A DNA stretch of 64,000 bases, from assembly GCA_003564295.1 (NCBI GenBank), contig PXFI01000086.1, forward strand, positions 958 to 64,957, written 5' to 3'. The DNA is from Gemmatimonadota bacterium. GTDB lineage: Bacteria; Gemmatimonadota; Gemmatimonadetes; Longimicrobiales; Gaopeijiaceae. The notes under the pieces are model-generated. The model had not been told where the DNA came from, did not search any database, and worked only from the letters and a program-made list of their open reading frames with translations. Numbering within the stretch: position 1 is the stretch's first letter; every line of letters begins with the position of its first letter. A program made the position numbers and the translations under genes. Positions 54,793 through 64,000 of this stretch are shown here, in pieces.

Positions 54793-57700
54793 CTACTCAT
54801 CATGACCCAGGTTGACTGAAAGTCCCAGGGCCTGGAGCTCCTTCACCAGAACGTTGAAAGACTCGGGTATTCCTGGCTCGGGGAGGTTCTCTCCCTTCAC
54901 GATGGCCTCATAGACCCGGGACCGGCCTGTCACGTCGTCGGACTTCACGGTAAGGATCTCCTGGAGAGTGTGGGCGGCCCCATAGGCCTCCAGGGCCCAG
55001 ACCTCCATCTCCCCGAACCGCTGCCCACCGAATTGGGCTTTGCCGGCCAGAGGCTGCTGGGTCACGAGGGAGTAGGGCCCGATGCTTCGGGCGTGGATCT
55101 TGTCGTCCACCAAGTGGGAGAGCTTCAGCATGTAGATGGCTCCCACCGTCACCGGGAAGTCGAAGCGCCGACCACTCCTGCCGTCCCGCAGCCAGGCCTT
55201 ACCGCTCGGCAGGATCTCGGCGGCAGCCAGGAGCTCGACCATGGCCTTGTCGAGGCCCTCCTTGAGAATCTTCTTGCGCCCCAGTGCGGCCACGGCCGGG
55301 AAGAGATCGGCGAGCTTCTTGCCCTGAGCCTCGGCGACCATGGCTCCCGTCTCCACCACGAAGGCCTTCAGCTTCACGAGAGCGGCTCTTCCCCCCTCAT
55401 GCTTCTCCAGGCCCGCGGCGCAGTAGAAGTCCAGGGGACGGCCGAATCCCTCCGTGTATCGGTCCCCACCGTTCCCGGACTCCAGGGAGGCGAAGTGGCC
55501 CGTGGTCCGGGGGCCTCCGACTGTGAAGATCAGATCCATCAGGGCCTTGATCTCTTCAGGCCTCAAGGCCGGCTTCAGAGGCTGGCTCAGAAGAGTGCTG
55601 CGGGCCCAGGAAACTCCTGCCACCTTCAGGAGAGCACCGACTTCGTCTTCAGAGGCGCCCTGGAAGACCGGGGTCTTGGCCTCGAACCCCAGGTTCATGG
55701 CTGCCCAACCCATGTGGGTCTCCAGGATCTGCCCCACGTTCATCCGGGAGGGGACCCCCAGGGGGTTGAGGACGATCTCCACTGGGGTGCCGTCGGGAAG
55801 GAAGGGCATCTCCTCTTCGGGGGCGATCCGGGCAATGATCCCCTTATTCCCGTGCCGGCCGGCCATCTTGTCACCCACCGAAACCTTCCGCTTCTCGGCG
55901 ATGTACACCTTGACCAGCTGTACAACCCCCGGAGGGAGCTCATCGGCCTCGAATACCTTGTCAATCTGCTCTTCCGTCTTTTCCCGGACCCGGTCGATCC
56001 TGCGCTGAGCCTCGTCGATGACCCGCCGGATCTTCTCGCCGGTGTTCTTGTTCTGGACCTTGAGGGTGGAGAGATCCAGGTCGTAGAAGGAGAGTCCGTC
56101 CAGAACGTCCTTGGTGAGCTTCGTGCCCTCCGCAAGGAAGGGCTCTACGGTTCCTTTTCTCAGGCAAAGGGCTACGGTCTGGAGGTGCAGAAGCTGCCTG
56201 AGCTCCTCATCCCTTGCATCGGTGATTCGTCCGATCTCTTCCCGCTCCTCGCCTCTGAGCTCACCGATCTTCGCCCCGTGCTCCTTTTCCAGGAGTGGGT
56301 CGTCTGGACGCCGGGAGAAGATCTTGACGTCGATGACGGTCCCGGTCATACCCGGGGGCAGGCGGAGAGACGAATCCTTCACGTCCTTGGCCTTCTCGCC
56401 GAAGATGGCCGTCAGCAGCTTCTCTTCCGGAGACAGCTCCGTCTCCCCCTTGGGCGTGATCTTCCCCACGAGGATGTCGCTACTCTTCACCCGGGCGCCG
56501 ATACGGACGATGCCCCTCTCATCCAGATCCACCAGGCTCTCTTCGGCCACGTTGGGAATCTCGCGGGTGATCTCCTCCATCCCCCTCTTGGTGTCCCGGA
56601 CATGGAGCTCCAGCTCCTGGATGTGGATGGAGGTATAGACGTCGTCCCTCACCAGCTTCTCGCTGACGACGATGGCGTCCTCGAAGTTGTAGCCGTACCA
56701 GGGCATGAAAGCACAGAGCACGTTCCTGCCCAGGGCAAGCTCGCCATTGTCGGTGGAGGGTCCATCGGCGATGATGTCGCCGGCATCCACCTGCTGGCCC
56801 CGGCGAACCAGGGGCCTCTGGTTTATGGCGGTGTCCTGATTGGTGCGCCAGAACTTCTTCAGCTTGTAACGGTCGAACTGGGCCAGTTTGGCCAGTGGGT
56901 GCTCTGTCTTGCCCGGCTTCACCGAGCCCGTATCCACCACGATCTCGTCGGCGGTGACGCGGACTACCTCCCCACCCCGGCGTGCCGTGATGACGGCGCC
57001 CGAGTCCCGGGCCACCTTGGCCTCCAGGCCCGTGCCTACCAGTGGTGCGTGGGTGTGGAGTAGGGGCACGGCCTGGCGCTGCATGTTGGACCCCATGAGG
57101 GCCCGGTTCGCGTCGTCGTGCTCCAGGAATGGGATGAGAGCGGCGGCCACGGACACCAGCTGGTCCGGGGCCACGTCCATGTAGTCGATCTGGTCGGCCG
57201 GAAGGAGCGGGTAGTCATCCCTCCAGCGGGAGAGAACGAACTCGTTCCTGAAGGTCCCATCAGGGTTCAGGGGAGCGTTGGCCTGGGCGACCCTGGCCTC
57301 CTCCTCCTCATTGGCCGTGAGCCACTCCACGTCGTTGGTGACTTGCCCGTTGGCCACCTTACGATAAGGAGTCTCCACGAAGCCCAGCTCATTGATGCGG
57401 GCAAAGGTGGTGAGGGAGGTGATGAGGCCGATGTTCGGACCTTCCGGGGTCTCGATGGGACACATTCTTCCGTAATGGGAATAATGCACGTCCCGCACCT
57501 CGAACCCCGCACGCTCCCGGGTCAGGCCACCGGGCCCCAGAGCCGAGAGACGACGCTTATGAGTCATCTCGGCAAGGGGGTTCGTCTGGTCCATGAACTG
57601 CGAGAGCTGGCTGGAGCCGAAAAAGGCCTGGATCACGGCGGATACCGTCCGGGCGTTCACCAGGTCGTCGATGTTGACCTTCTCCGGATCCGTGTTGATG

Positions 57701-59007
57701 GACATCCTCTCCTTCACCAGGCGGGCCATACGAGAGAGTCCCACGGAGAGTTGGTTGGCGATGAGCTCGCCCACGGTCCTCACCCGGCGGTTCCCCAGGT
57801 GGTCGATGTCGTCGGTGAAGCCCGTGCCCTCGTTCAACTCGATGAGGTAACGGAGGATGGCCACGAAATCCTCACGGGTCAGGACGGTGACCGTCTTTGG
57901 CACGCCCAGGTGAAGCCTTTGGTTGATCTTGTAACGACCCACCCTGCCAAGATCGTAGCGCTTCGGGTTGAAGAAGACGCGCTCGAGGGCCGTCCTGGCT
58001 GTATTGATGTTGGGCGATTCTCCGGGGCGGAGGAGGGAGTAGATGGCCGCCAGAGCCAGTTCTTCGGAGGAGGTTGGATCCTTCCTCAAGGTGTTCTTGA
58101 CGATGGGGCTCTCGCCCCGGATGGCCTCGCCGCTGGCGCGTCCATAGACCTGGACCTTCCTGACATCCGCACGCTCAAGGCGCTCCAGGGCCGCCTCACC
58201 CAGCTCCGTGCACGCTTCCAGGATGATCTCGCCGGTTTCGGGGTCCACCACGTCCCCAGCCAGCACCGCACCCGCCAGGTCCCGGTTCCCATCCTCCCCC
58301 GCCGCCCGGGGGTCCGCTTCCTTTATGTCGAAGAAGAGCCCGTAGATGTCGGCGTCCGTGCCGTACCCGAAGGCCCTCAGCAGGGCCGTGGCAGGGAACT
58401 TCTTCTTCTTGTCGATGTGGACGTAGCAGACGTTGTTGATATCGATGGTGAACTCCACCCACGAGCCCCGGAAGGGGATGATCCGGGCACTGTGGAGCTT
58501 GGTCCCGTTGGGGTGGGTGTTCTCCTCGAAGATGACACCTGGAGAGCGGTGAAGCTGGCTGACCACCACCCGCTCCGCACCGTTGATGATGAACGTGCCC
58601 AGCTCGGTGAGAAGGGGCAGGTCACCCAGGTACACCTCCTTCTCGATGATGTCCCTGGGGCGGCGCTCCCCGTCCTCCAGATCCTCCCAGACGATGAGCC
58701 TGAGGGTCGCCTTGAGAGGCGCCGCGTAGGTCATGTCACGCTCGATGCATTCCTCCACCGAGTACTTCGGCTCGGCCAGTGCCGACGAAACGTACTCAAG
58801 GGTGAAGTTCTCGCTCACGTCGCTTATGGGGAAGATCTCCCCGAAGACGCGATCGAGACCGAAATCCCACTGGTCCTCCAGGGGGACCTCGGTCTCCACG
58901 AGCTTCTCGAAAGAACGCAGCTGGACGTCCAGCAGGTTAGGCATCGGCATGATCGGCTTAAGCTTCTCGAAGCTCAGAACCGACCGACCATCGCTCCGAA
59001 TATCCAA
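54793..59007 (-). CDS. rpoB: DNA-directed RNA polymerase subunit beta
   Basis: [14 protein letters not shown], the rifampicin-region motif [36 protein letters not shown] and the C-terminal domains. I favour TTG 59007 ([15 protein letters not shown]..), preceded by AAGGGGGAA. The longest ORF starts at GTG 59082. Confidence 0.96.
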   Translation of the reverse strand: MDIRSDGRSVLSFEKLKPIMPMPNLLDVQLRSFEKLVETEVPLEDQWDFGLDRVFGEIFPISDVSENFTLEYVSSALAEPKYSVEECIERDMTYAAPLKATLRLIVWEDLEDGERRPRDIIEKEVYLGDLPLLTELGTFIINGAERVVVSQLHRSPGVIFEENTHPNGTKLHSARIIPFRGSWVEFTIDINNVCYVHIDKKKKFPATALLRAFGYGTDADIYGLFFDIKEADPRAAGEDGNRDLAGAVLAGDVVDPETGEIILEACTELGEAALERLERADVRKVQVYGRASGEAIRGESPIVKNTLRKDPTSSEELALAAIYSLLRPGESPNINTARTALERVFFNPKRYDLGRVGRYKINQRLHLGVPKTVTVLTREDFVAILRYLIELNEGTGFTDDIDHLGNRRVRTVGELIANQLSVGLSRMARLVKERMSINTDPEKVNIDDLVNARTVSAVIQAFFGSSQLSQFMDQTNPLAEMTHKRRLSALGPGGLTRERAGFEVRDVHYSHYGRMCPIETPEGPNIGLITSLTTFARINELGFVETPYRKVANGQVTNDVEWLTANEEEEARVAQANAPLNPDGTFRNEFVLSRWRDDYPLLPADQIDYMDVAPDQLVSVAAALIPFLEHDDANRALMGSNMQRQAVPLLHTHAPLVGTGLEAKVARDSGAVITARRGGEVVRVTADEIVVDTGSVKPGKTEHPLAKLAQFDRYKLKKFWRTNQDTAINQRPLVRRGQQVDAGDIIADGPSTDNGELALGRNVLCAFMPWYGYNFEDAIVVSEKLVRDDVYTSIHIQELELHVRDTKRGMEEITREIPNVAEESLVDLDERGIVRIGARVKSSDILVGKITPKGETELSPEEKLLTAIFGEKAKDVKDSSLRLPPGMTGTVIDVKIFSRRPDDPLLEKEHGAKIGELRGEEREEIGRITDARDEELRQLLHLQTVALCLRKGTVEPFLAEGTKLTKDVLDGLSFYDLDLSTLKVQNKNTGEKIRRVIDEAQRRIDRVREKTEEQIDKVFEADELPPGVVQLVKVYIAEKRKVSVGDKMAGRHGNKGIIARIAPEEEMPFLPDGTPVEIVLNPLGVPSRMNVGQILETHMGWAAMNLGFEAKTPVFQGASEDEVGALLKVAGVSWARSTLLSQPLKPALRPEEIKALMDLIFTVGGPRTTGHFASLESGNGGDRYTEGFGRPLDFYCAAGLEKHEGGRAALVKLKAFVVETGAMVAEAQGKKLADLFPAVAALGRKKILKEGLDKAMVELLAAAEILPSGKAWLRDGRSGRRFDFPVTVGAIYMLKLSHLVDDKIHARSIGPYSLVTQQPLAGKAQFGGQRFGEMEVWALEAYGAAHTLQEILTVKSDDVTGRSRVYEAIVKGENLPEPGIPESFNVLVKELQALGLSVNLGHDE

Positions 59008-59276
59008 CGGGATTTCCCCCTTTTCGTCGGACGACCCATATCCGCCCGAAACATTGGAGAATGGAAACGGGGAGCCCGGCACAGGCTTCCCCGGCAGGCC
59101 AGGAGCTTACACCCGAGGCGTGCTCGGGCGACCCGGCCGGCGGCGGGGACCTGCATCTGGCTCCTTGCTGGCAGCTTCTGAATGGCCCATCCGGTTTCCC
59201 GAACCAGGCACACATACCTCCCTATCCCGGAGTATCCGGGGGTCTTCCCCGGCATTCCGGAAAGGAGTAACAATAC

Positions 59277-59660
59277 CTATTTCAGGACGACCGAGGCGCC
59301 CTGATCCTCCAGCTTGGCCTTGATCTGTTCGGCCTCTTCCTTGGAGATCTGCTCCTTCACGACACCCGGAGCGTTGTCTACCAGATCCTTCGCCTCCTTG
59401 AGACCCAGGGACGTGACCTCCCGAACCACCTTGATGACCTGGATCTTCTTGTCGCCGATCCCTTCCAGGATGACGTCGAACTCGGTCTGCTCCTCCTCGG
59501 CCTCGGCAGCCTCGGCCGCACCTGGCACGCCACCGGCCATGGGAGCCGCAGCCACCGCGGTGACGTTGAACTTCTCCTTGAAGGCCTCGACAAACTCCGA
59601 CAGCTCGAGAACGGTCATGTTGCCGATGGTCTCGAGAAGTTCTTCGTGCTTCACAGCCAT
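59277..59660 (-). CDS. rplL: 50S ribosomal protein L7/L12
   Basis: 127 aa. An Ala-rich hinge, then [46 protein letters not shown]. Confidence 0.96.
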   Translation of the reverse strand: MAVKHEELLETIGNMTVLELSEFVEAFKEKFNVTAVAAAPMAGGVPGAAEAAEAEEEQTEFDVILEGIGDKKIQVIKVVREVTSLGLKEAKDLVDNAPGVVKEQISKEEAEQIKAKLEDQGASVVLK

Positions 59661-59793
59661 GATGCAGAATCCTCCTTACAATCTCCCGGACAAGGCCGGC
59701 TCTTTGGGGGAAGTACAGTTGTCGAATTCGGTTTGTTGCGGAGGGACCACGTATCCCTCATCCCGTCGGTCTCGCTTCGAGGCCCGAAGGCTC

Positions 59794-60324
59794 TCATTGA
59801 CCCTCGCCCTCCTTCTTCTCTTTGAGGGCGGTCAGAAGCCCCGTCATCTCGTGAAGCTTCGCCTCCAGGACCGCCGCAAAGGCCGCCATGGGGCCTTCCA
59901 GGGCTCCAGCCATCATGGCGAGGAGTTGCTCCTTCGGGGGAAGCTTGGCCAATCGCTCGATCTCGGAGGGCCCCAGAACCGACTTCTCCAGGACTCCTAC
60001 CTTGAAGACCGGGCGGTCCGCATGCCCCTTGGCGAAGTCCGTCACGGCCTTGGCCGCCTCCACCGGACCGCTGTGGCCGATCACCACTCCTGTGGGCCCC
60101 GTGAGCCATTCGGAGAGATCCGGAAGATCCAGCTCCTGGAGGGCCAGGAGTACCAGGCGATTCTTCACCACCAGGTACTCTGCCCCGTTCTTGCGAAGCT
60201 CGTCCCGGAGGGCAGTCATTGATTTCACATCCAACCCGGTGAAATCCGTGAGGAAGATTGCGGGAGATTCCTGCATCCGCTCCCGGAAATCCTCGACGAA
60301 GCCCTGCTTCTCTGTGCGCTTCAT
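59794..60324 (-). CDS. rplJ: 50S ribosomal protein L10
   Basis: 176 aa. [30 protein letters not shown]. The ATG overlaps the rplA stop (ATGA). Confidence 0.94.
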   Translation of the reverse strand: MKRTEKQGFVEDFRERMQESPAIFLTDFTGLDVKSMTALRDELRKNGAEYLVVKNRLVLLALQELDLPDLSEWLTGPTGVVIGHSGPVEAAKAVTDFAKGHADRPVFKVGVLEKSVLGPSEIERLAKLPPKEQLLAMMAGALEGPMAAFAAVLEAKLHEMTGLLTALKEKKEGEGQ

Positions 60325-61022
60325 GAGCTGCTCCGTCGGTAGAGGTTGGGATCGATGGCCACACCCGGACCCATGGTGCTGGACACGCTCACGCCCCGAA
60401 GGTAGGTCCCCTTGGCAGCAGGGGGCCGGGCTCGGAGAATCGAGTCCATGAAGGCCTCGAAATTCTCCAACAGCTTCTCGATCTCGAAAGAGATCTTGCC
60501 GATGGGAGCGTGCACGTTCCCTGTCCTGTCCACCCGATACTCGATCTTGCCGGCCTTGATCTCCTCGACGGCCTTTCCCACGTCGAAGGTCACGGTCCCG
60601 GCCTTGGGAGTCGGCATGAGCCCCCGGGGACCCAGGACACGGCCCAGAGGACCTACCTTACCCATGAGGTCAGGAGTAGCCACGGCCACGTCGAAGTCCA
60701 ACCAGCCCTCTTTGATACGGTCCAGAAACTCGAGGCCGACGTAGTCGGCGCCCGCGTCCTTCGCTTCCTTTTCCTTCTCGCCCTGGGCGATGACCAGCAC
60801 CCGAATCTCCTTGCCCGTCCCGTGGGGAAGGATGACGGTACCACGAACAACCTGATCCGCCTGACGGGGATCCACCCCCAGGCGTGTCGCCACTTCCACG
60901 GTCTCGTCGAAATTGGCGAAAGAGAGATCCCTTAAGATCTTGATCGCATCCTTGGGAGGCAGCGTGTCGCCAATGGACAGTTTGGCCTTGGCGTCCTTGT
61001 AACGCTTTCCGCGTCTTGGCAT
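60321..61022 (-). CDS. rplA: 50S ribosomal protein L1
   Basis: [32 protein letters not shown] and GPRGLMP.PKAGTVT. Confidence 0.96.
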   Translation of the reverse strand: MPRRGKRYKDAKAKLSIGDTLPPKDAIKILRDLSFANFDETVEVATRLGVDPRQADQVVRGTVILPHGTGKEIRVLVIAQGEKEKEAKDAGADYVGLEFLDRIKEGWLDFDVAVATPDLMGKVGPLGRVLGPRGLMPTPKAGTVTFDVGKAVEEIKAGKIEYRVDRTGNVHAPIGKISFEIEKLLENFEAFMDSILRARPPAAKGTYLRGVSVSSTMGPGVAIDPNLYRRSSS

Positions 61023-61126
61023 GGCTCTCGAGCCGGCTTGTGTCGCCCTCCCACCCCTGGCGGCTCACAGTGGGTGGTTTGTCGGGCTTTGGTGGTTTGG
61101 GTGCGCCTGCCTCGGGCTCGCCTCTC

Positions 61127-61326
61127 GGGACCCCGCTTCGCTACGAACGCTTCGCGTTCGAGGGTCCCTCGCGGCGAATCCCGGGCCCGGCGCCCCGGAT
61201 CCTCTTTTGATCATCCCTCAGGCTCGGGGAGTGGCGGTCCGGTACTCTTCCGAAGCGACCCTCGAACGCCGCAGGCGTTCGGAGCAAAGCGCGGGAGCGA
61301 GGGGGAGCACCGGACCGCCACTCCCC
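61127..61326 (-). other. Highly structured segment of the 303-nt rplK-rplA spacer
   Basis: A perfect 18-bp inverted repeat (61226-61243 with 61309-61326) begins at the last base of the rplK stop codon and encloses the hairpin CGAACGCC-gca-GGCGTTCG. A second nested hairpin, GGGACCC...CGAACGC-ttc-GCGTTCG...GGGTCCC, lies at 61127-61168. Confidence 0.6.
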
Positions 61327-61751
61327 TACCCTTCCACCTCCACACCCATGGACCGGGCCGTCCCGGCCAGCATGCGGATGGCCGCGTCCATATCGGTAGT
61401 GTTCAGGTCGGGCATCTTCAGTTCGGCGATCTCCCTGAGCTGCTCCCGGGTCACCTTTCCCACCTTCTCGGTGTTGGGCACACTGGAAGCCTTCTCCAAC
61501 CCGGCAGCCTTCTTGATCAGGAATGCGGCCGGGGGGGTCTTTGTGATAAAAGTGAAGCTCCGGTCCCCGTAGACCGTGATCTCCACCGGGGTCACGACCC
61601 CCTGCTGGCTCTGAGTTCTGGAATTGAACTGCTTGCAGAACTCCATGATGTTCACGCCGTGCTGGCCCAGGGCCGGGCCAACGGGGGGAGCCGGATTGGC
61701 CTGTCCCCCGGGCACCTGCAGCTTGATGAATCCGATGACCTTTTTCGCCAT
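61326..61751 (-). CDS. rplK: 50S ribosomal protein L11
   Basis: [42 protein letters not shown]. Confidence 0.96.
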   Translation of the reverse strand: MAKKVIGFIKLQVPGGQANPAPPVGPALGQHGVNIMEFCKQFNSRTQSQQGVVTPVEITVYGDRSFTFITKTPPAAFLIKKAAGLEKASSVPNTEKVGKVTREQLREIAELKMPDLNTTDMDAAIRMLAGTARSMGVEVEG

Positions 61752-61785
61752 GCTTCTTCCGCGCCGTTCCCGGCCCTCAGTATTC

Positions 61786-62337
61786 CTAGTATCCCTTCAA
61801 CTGGGTGAAATCGAGCTCGACGGAGGTGGGCCTCCCGAAGAGTGAGACCTCTACTTTCACCTTCCCCTTGTCCCGGTAAACTTCCTGGACGGTGCCGCTG
61901 AAATCCGAGAAGGGCCCTCCCGTGATCTCCACCACCTGGTTCACGTAGAAGGGTATCTCCTCCCTCAGCTCGTCTTCCACTTCCACCTCGATCCCCAGGA
62001 TCTTGTTGATCTCTTCTTCCCGGAGAGGCTGGGGAGCCTTGCCGGAGCCCACGAACTTGATGACGCCCTGGAGGTTGTTGATGGCATGCATGGTCCGCTC
62101 GTTCAGGACCATTTTCACAAGTACGTATCCGGGATAGAGCCTACGGGTCACCGACACCCGCTTTCCGTTCCGGATCTCCAAAGCTTCCTGCGTGGGAACC
62201 AGAGCCTCCTGGATCTCCTTCTCCGCCGGGTCCTCTCCGGGCTCCTCGGCGATCTTCCGCTCGATGAGTTTGAGAACCTTGTTCTCATGGCCCGAATAGG
62301 TCTGGATGGCATACCACCGGGTCTCGGTCTCGCCCAT
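61786..62337 (-). CDS. nusG: Transcription termination/antitermination factor NusG
   Basis: ATG 62337: [22 protein letters not shown]-terminal KOW motif ([33 protein letters not shown]). Confidence 0.94.
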   Translation of the reverse strand: MGETETRWYAIQTYSGHENKVLKLIERKIAEEPGEDPAEKEIQEALVPTQEALEIRNGKRVSVTRRLYPGYVLVKMVLNERTMHAINNLQGVIKFVGSGKAPQPLREEEINKILGIEVEVEDELREEIPFYVNQVVEITGGPFSDFSGTVQEVYRDKGKVKVEVSLFGRPTSVELDFTQLKGY

Positions 62338-62353
62338 GGCCCTCAACCGCCCC

Positions 62354-62560
62354 CTACGCCCCAAAGATTCGGAAGATCAGGTCCATGACCGTCCGGGAAG
62401 AGAAATCCATGATCAAGATGATCAACGCCACGATCATGGAGAACACGATGATCACAAACGTAGCGTTCTTCAGTTGCTCGAAGTCCGGCCAGGTCACCCG
62501 CTGGAGCTCCGTATACGACTCCTCGACGAAGGCCCGCGTGTCCATGAGCTTCTGGATCAT
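62354..62560 (-). CDS. secE: Preprotein translocase subunit SecE
   Basis: 68 aa. E..EL.RVTWP........AT.VIIVFS...ALII.. gives a single TM helix. Sits between rpmG and nusG. Confidence 0.88.
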   Translation of the reverse strand: MIQKLMDTRAFVEESYTELQRVTWPDFEQLKNATFVIIVFSMIVALIILIMDFSSRTVMDLIFRIFGA

Positions 62561-62575
62561 GGGAAAGAATTCCGT

Positions 62576-62728
62576 CTACTTGGTTTCTTTGTGCGCCGTG
62601 TGCGTGCGGCACCGGGGACAGAACTTCTTGTATTCCACGCGTCCGGGGTGCAGGCGCTTGTTCTTCGTCTGATTGTAGTTCCGCTCTTCGCACTTGGTGC
62701 AAGCGAGAATGATCTTGTCCCGGGGCAT
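62576..62728 (-). CDS. rpmG: 50S ribosomal protein L33
   Basis: Not in the ORF track. Hand translation: [50 protein letters not shown] followed by a stop. Confidence 0.9.
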   Translation of the reverse strand: MPRDKIILACTKCEERNYNQTKNKRLHPGRVEYKKFCPRCRTHTAHKETK

Positions 62729-62750
62729 ACTCCACTCTTTTCTGATCGGT

Positions 62751-62849
62751 GATGTCGGTCACCACTCCGGCGCCCACGGTGCGCCTGCCTTCCCGGATGG
62801 CGATCCGGACCCCCTGCTCCCCACACACCTCTTTGCTGGGAGGATAGAA
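62751..62849 (-). pseudogene. tuf: Remnant of the 3' end of a second tuf gene (about the last 30 codons)
   Basis: Translates to ..[30 protein letters not shown].., against ..[27 protein letters not shown]-stop in the intact tuf. Hand alignment of ~60 nt against 45680-45745 gives roughly 80% identity. There is no upstream tuf sequence and the native stop is lost. Confidence 0.75.
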
Positions 62850-62947
62850 ACCCACCGGGCCGGCGCCACGGTTCCGTCTGGGCACCCGCCCGGAAAGGTC
62901 CTGCCTGCCTCAATTCCATCCGCCTCCCCGTTCTTCAGGAGCGGGAG

Positions 62948-63019
62948 AGCTCTGGCCGGGGATTGAACCCGGGACCTCTTCCTTACCAAGGAAGCGCTCT
63001 ACCCCTGAGCTACCAGAGC
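62948..63019 (-). tRNA. tRNA-Thr (anticodon GGU)
   Basis: Hand-folded cloverleaf: GCTCTGG-TA-GCTC-AGGGGTA-GAGC-G-CTTCC-TTGGTAA-GGAAG-AGGTC-CCGGG-TTCAATC-CCCGG-CCAGAGC-T. CCA is not encoded. Confidence 0.9.
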
Positions 63020-63080
63020 GACAAAGCAGGATCGCTGGATCCGGATCCTACTCGTTCAACATCCTGGCCCGAGAGCCATA

Positions 63081-63154
63081 AGCGGGAGACGGGACTCGAA
63101 CCCGCGACCCTCAGCTTGGAAGGCTGACGCTCTAGCCAACTGAGCTACTCCCGC
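63081..63154 (-). tRNA. tRNA-Gly (anticodon UCC)
   Basis: GCGGGAG-TA-GCTC-AGTTGGCTA-GAGC-G-TCAGC-CTTCCAA-GCTGA-GGGTC-GCGGG-TTCGAGT-CCCGT-CTCCCGC-T. Confidence 0.9.
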
Positions 63155-63208
63155 GACTTTTCCGTTCCCGGTTTCCCTCGGAGCCCGAGGGGGGGAAAAC
63201 CGGTCAAA

Positions 63209-63290
63209 TGGTGGGGGGAGGATTCGAACCTCCGAAGGCATTGCCAGCAGATTTACAGTCTGCCCCGTTTGACCGCTTCGGTACCCCACC
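63209..63290 (-). tRNA. tRNA-Tyr (anticodon GUA), long variable arm
   Basis: Acceptor GGTGGGG/CCCCACC, anticodon arm GCAGA-CTGTAAA-TCTGC, a long variable arm, and T arm GGAGG-TTCGAAT-CCTCC. Confidence 0.88.
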
Positions 63291-63449
63291 CCAGAGTTCA
63301 AGCGTTGAACCCTCTTCGGTTCTCGAGTGGATTCATAGCGAGCTTGGAAAGGTAACCGCTGTGGCCGGGGGGTTCAAGGCTGTGCCGGCGCGTCGCACGG
63401 GCCGGAAAGGTGGGGTCGGGGATCCTCTCCTGCACCGAGGGCCGGCGAA

Positions 63450-63522
63450 AGCTGACGCCCGGACTCGAACCGGGAACCTGCTACTTACAAGGCAGCTGCT
63501 CTACCACTTGAGCTACGTCAGC
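63450..63522 (-). tRNA. tRNA-Thr (anticodon UGU)
   Basis: GCTGACG-TA-GCTC-AAGTGGTA-GAGC-A-GCTGC-CTTGTAA-GTAGC-AGGTT-CCCGG-TTCGAGT-CCGGG-CGTCAGC-T. Confidence 0.9.
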
Positions 63523-63916
63523 GGATGACTATGCAGGATAAGGAGTTGCGGAGATGCTATGCTTTGCCGGCGGGGTCGATCGTATCAAGTTGGGCATATC
63601 TTGGGCATATCGGTTGCGATCCACCCCCCTCTCCCGCCTCCCATCCTCCACTGCAAGATGATGACGGCGCCGCCGACGTTCAAGGGGCATGACCTCCGCC
63701 ACCATCATGATGGGGATCCTCATCCCCGCCGACGCCGTAGGATGCCCCAGGAGGGCCGTGAGGGCTCTACCCACCCTCCTGCCCATCCCCGGCGCCCAGG
63801 TCGATCCTCGTATATCATCATATGAGGCGAAACGGCGCCCCTGGGCACCATCTCCACCGCTCGCCTGCACTGAGATGCGATCTACGGGGAGATCTCCTCG
63901 GGAGATGGGGTAGAGG

Positions 63917-64000
63917 TCATCTCCGCAGGCGCCGCAGGTACTCACGCCCAGCCTCATGGACCTCCCCAACCTCCTCCGGCGTGAGGTCCGGGGATCCCAA
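63917..64000 (-). CDS. Possible 3' end of an unidentified CDS entering from beyond the window
   Basis: Minus frame reads LGSPDLTPEEVGEVHEAGREYLRRLRR followed by a stop (TGA at 63919-63917), with G/C-rich third positions. Only 27 codons are visible and the product is unknown. Confidence 0.3.
   Translation of the reverse strand: MGSPDLTPEEVGEVHEAGREYLRRLRR

Noticed and set aside
61023-61220. 49-codon ATG ORF inside the rplK-rplA spacer on the minus strand (MIKRGSGAPGPGFAARDPRTRS...).
   Set aside because: The composition is Arg/Pro/Ser/Gly-rich, typical of GC-rich non-coding sequence. It has no Shine-Dalgarno-like context, and the region is better explained by the nested RNA hairpins.
62343-62885. 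180-aa minus-strand ORF covering the tuf remnant, rpmG and secE regions.
   Set aside because: It is a chimeric reading frame. Residues ~13-45 are the tuf C-terminal remnant, and the rest is out of frame across the genuine rpmG and secE genes. I call it a pseudogene fragment, not a gene.
63523-63600. Promoter for the tRNA cluster (TTGATA and TATCCT hexamers).
   Set aside because: No pair of -35-like and -10-like hexamers has acceptable 16-19 nt spacing. The best candidates are 23 nt apart or lack a partner, so no promoter is called.
63529-63969. 146-aa minus-strand ORF upstream of the tRNA cluster, with overlapping plus-strand ORFs at 63559-63825 and 63689-63913.
   Set aside because: The translations are low-complexity and Arg/Gly/His-rich with no motif I recognise. 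The frames are mutually exclusive, and none has a convincing ribosome-binding context. The region is left as non-coding, apart from a possible short CDS 3' end at 63917-64000.

Overview
GC-rich bacterial chromosomal segment from a diderm organism (BamD, TolB and a Tol/Exb-type system are present; I cannot assign a phylum from sequence alone). Every gene I can support lies on the minus strand.

Gene order, read in the direction of transcription (high to low coordinates):
- tRNA cluster Thr(UGU)-Tyr(GUA)-Gly(UCC)-Thr(GGU), followed by a decayed remnant of a second tuf copy.
- rpmG-secE-nusG-rplK-rplA-rplJ-rplL-rpoB-rpoC.
- rpsL-rpsG-fusA-tuf, then the complete S10, spc and alpha ribosomal-protein operons (rpsJ through rplQ, with secY-adk-map but no infA).
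- An orphan membrane-anchored protein, then rpmB.
- A nucleotide-sugar block: two sugar dehydrogenases, a UDP-xylose-synthase-like decarboxylase, an epimerase, a DegT aminotransferase, an IMPase/CysQ-like protein and two TPR proteins.
- bamD-nadD-secA.
- A two-gene AbiEii-type toxin-antitoxin-like module. This is the only clearly accessory element in the window.
- radC, rel, uvrB, tsaE-tsaB-rimI and a LysM protein.
- An epimerase gene translationally coupled to tolQ-tolR-(tonB/tolA-like)-tolB, and the start of a lipoprotein gene.

I did not find a large novel multi-gene system. The observations most worth follow-up are:
- The TA-like pair.
- The tuf remnant at the canonical tufB position.
- Several unusually long, highly structured spacers inside the ribosomal operons. 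Two of them share an identical 15-nt motif. One is a 17-bp-stem element ending in a U8 tract between rpsG and fusA.
- A terminator-like hairpin inside the rpsL leader.
- A near-perfect 45-nt tandem repeat that gives uL5 a lysine-rich N-terminal extension.

All product calls rest on my own recognition of motifs in the translated ORFs. No database search was run. Many ORF-track entries begin at GTG or TTG, or carry spurious upstream extensions. I trimmed starts where homology-based expectation and an in-frame start codon supported it.
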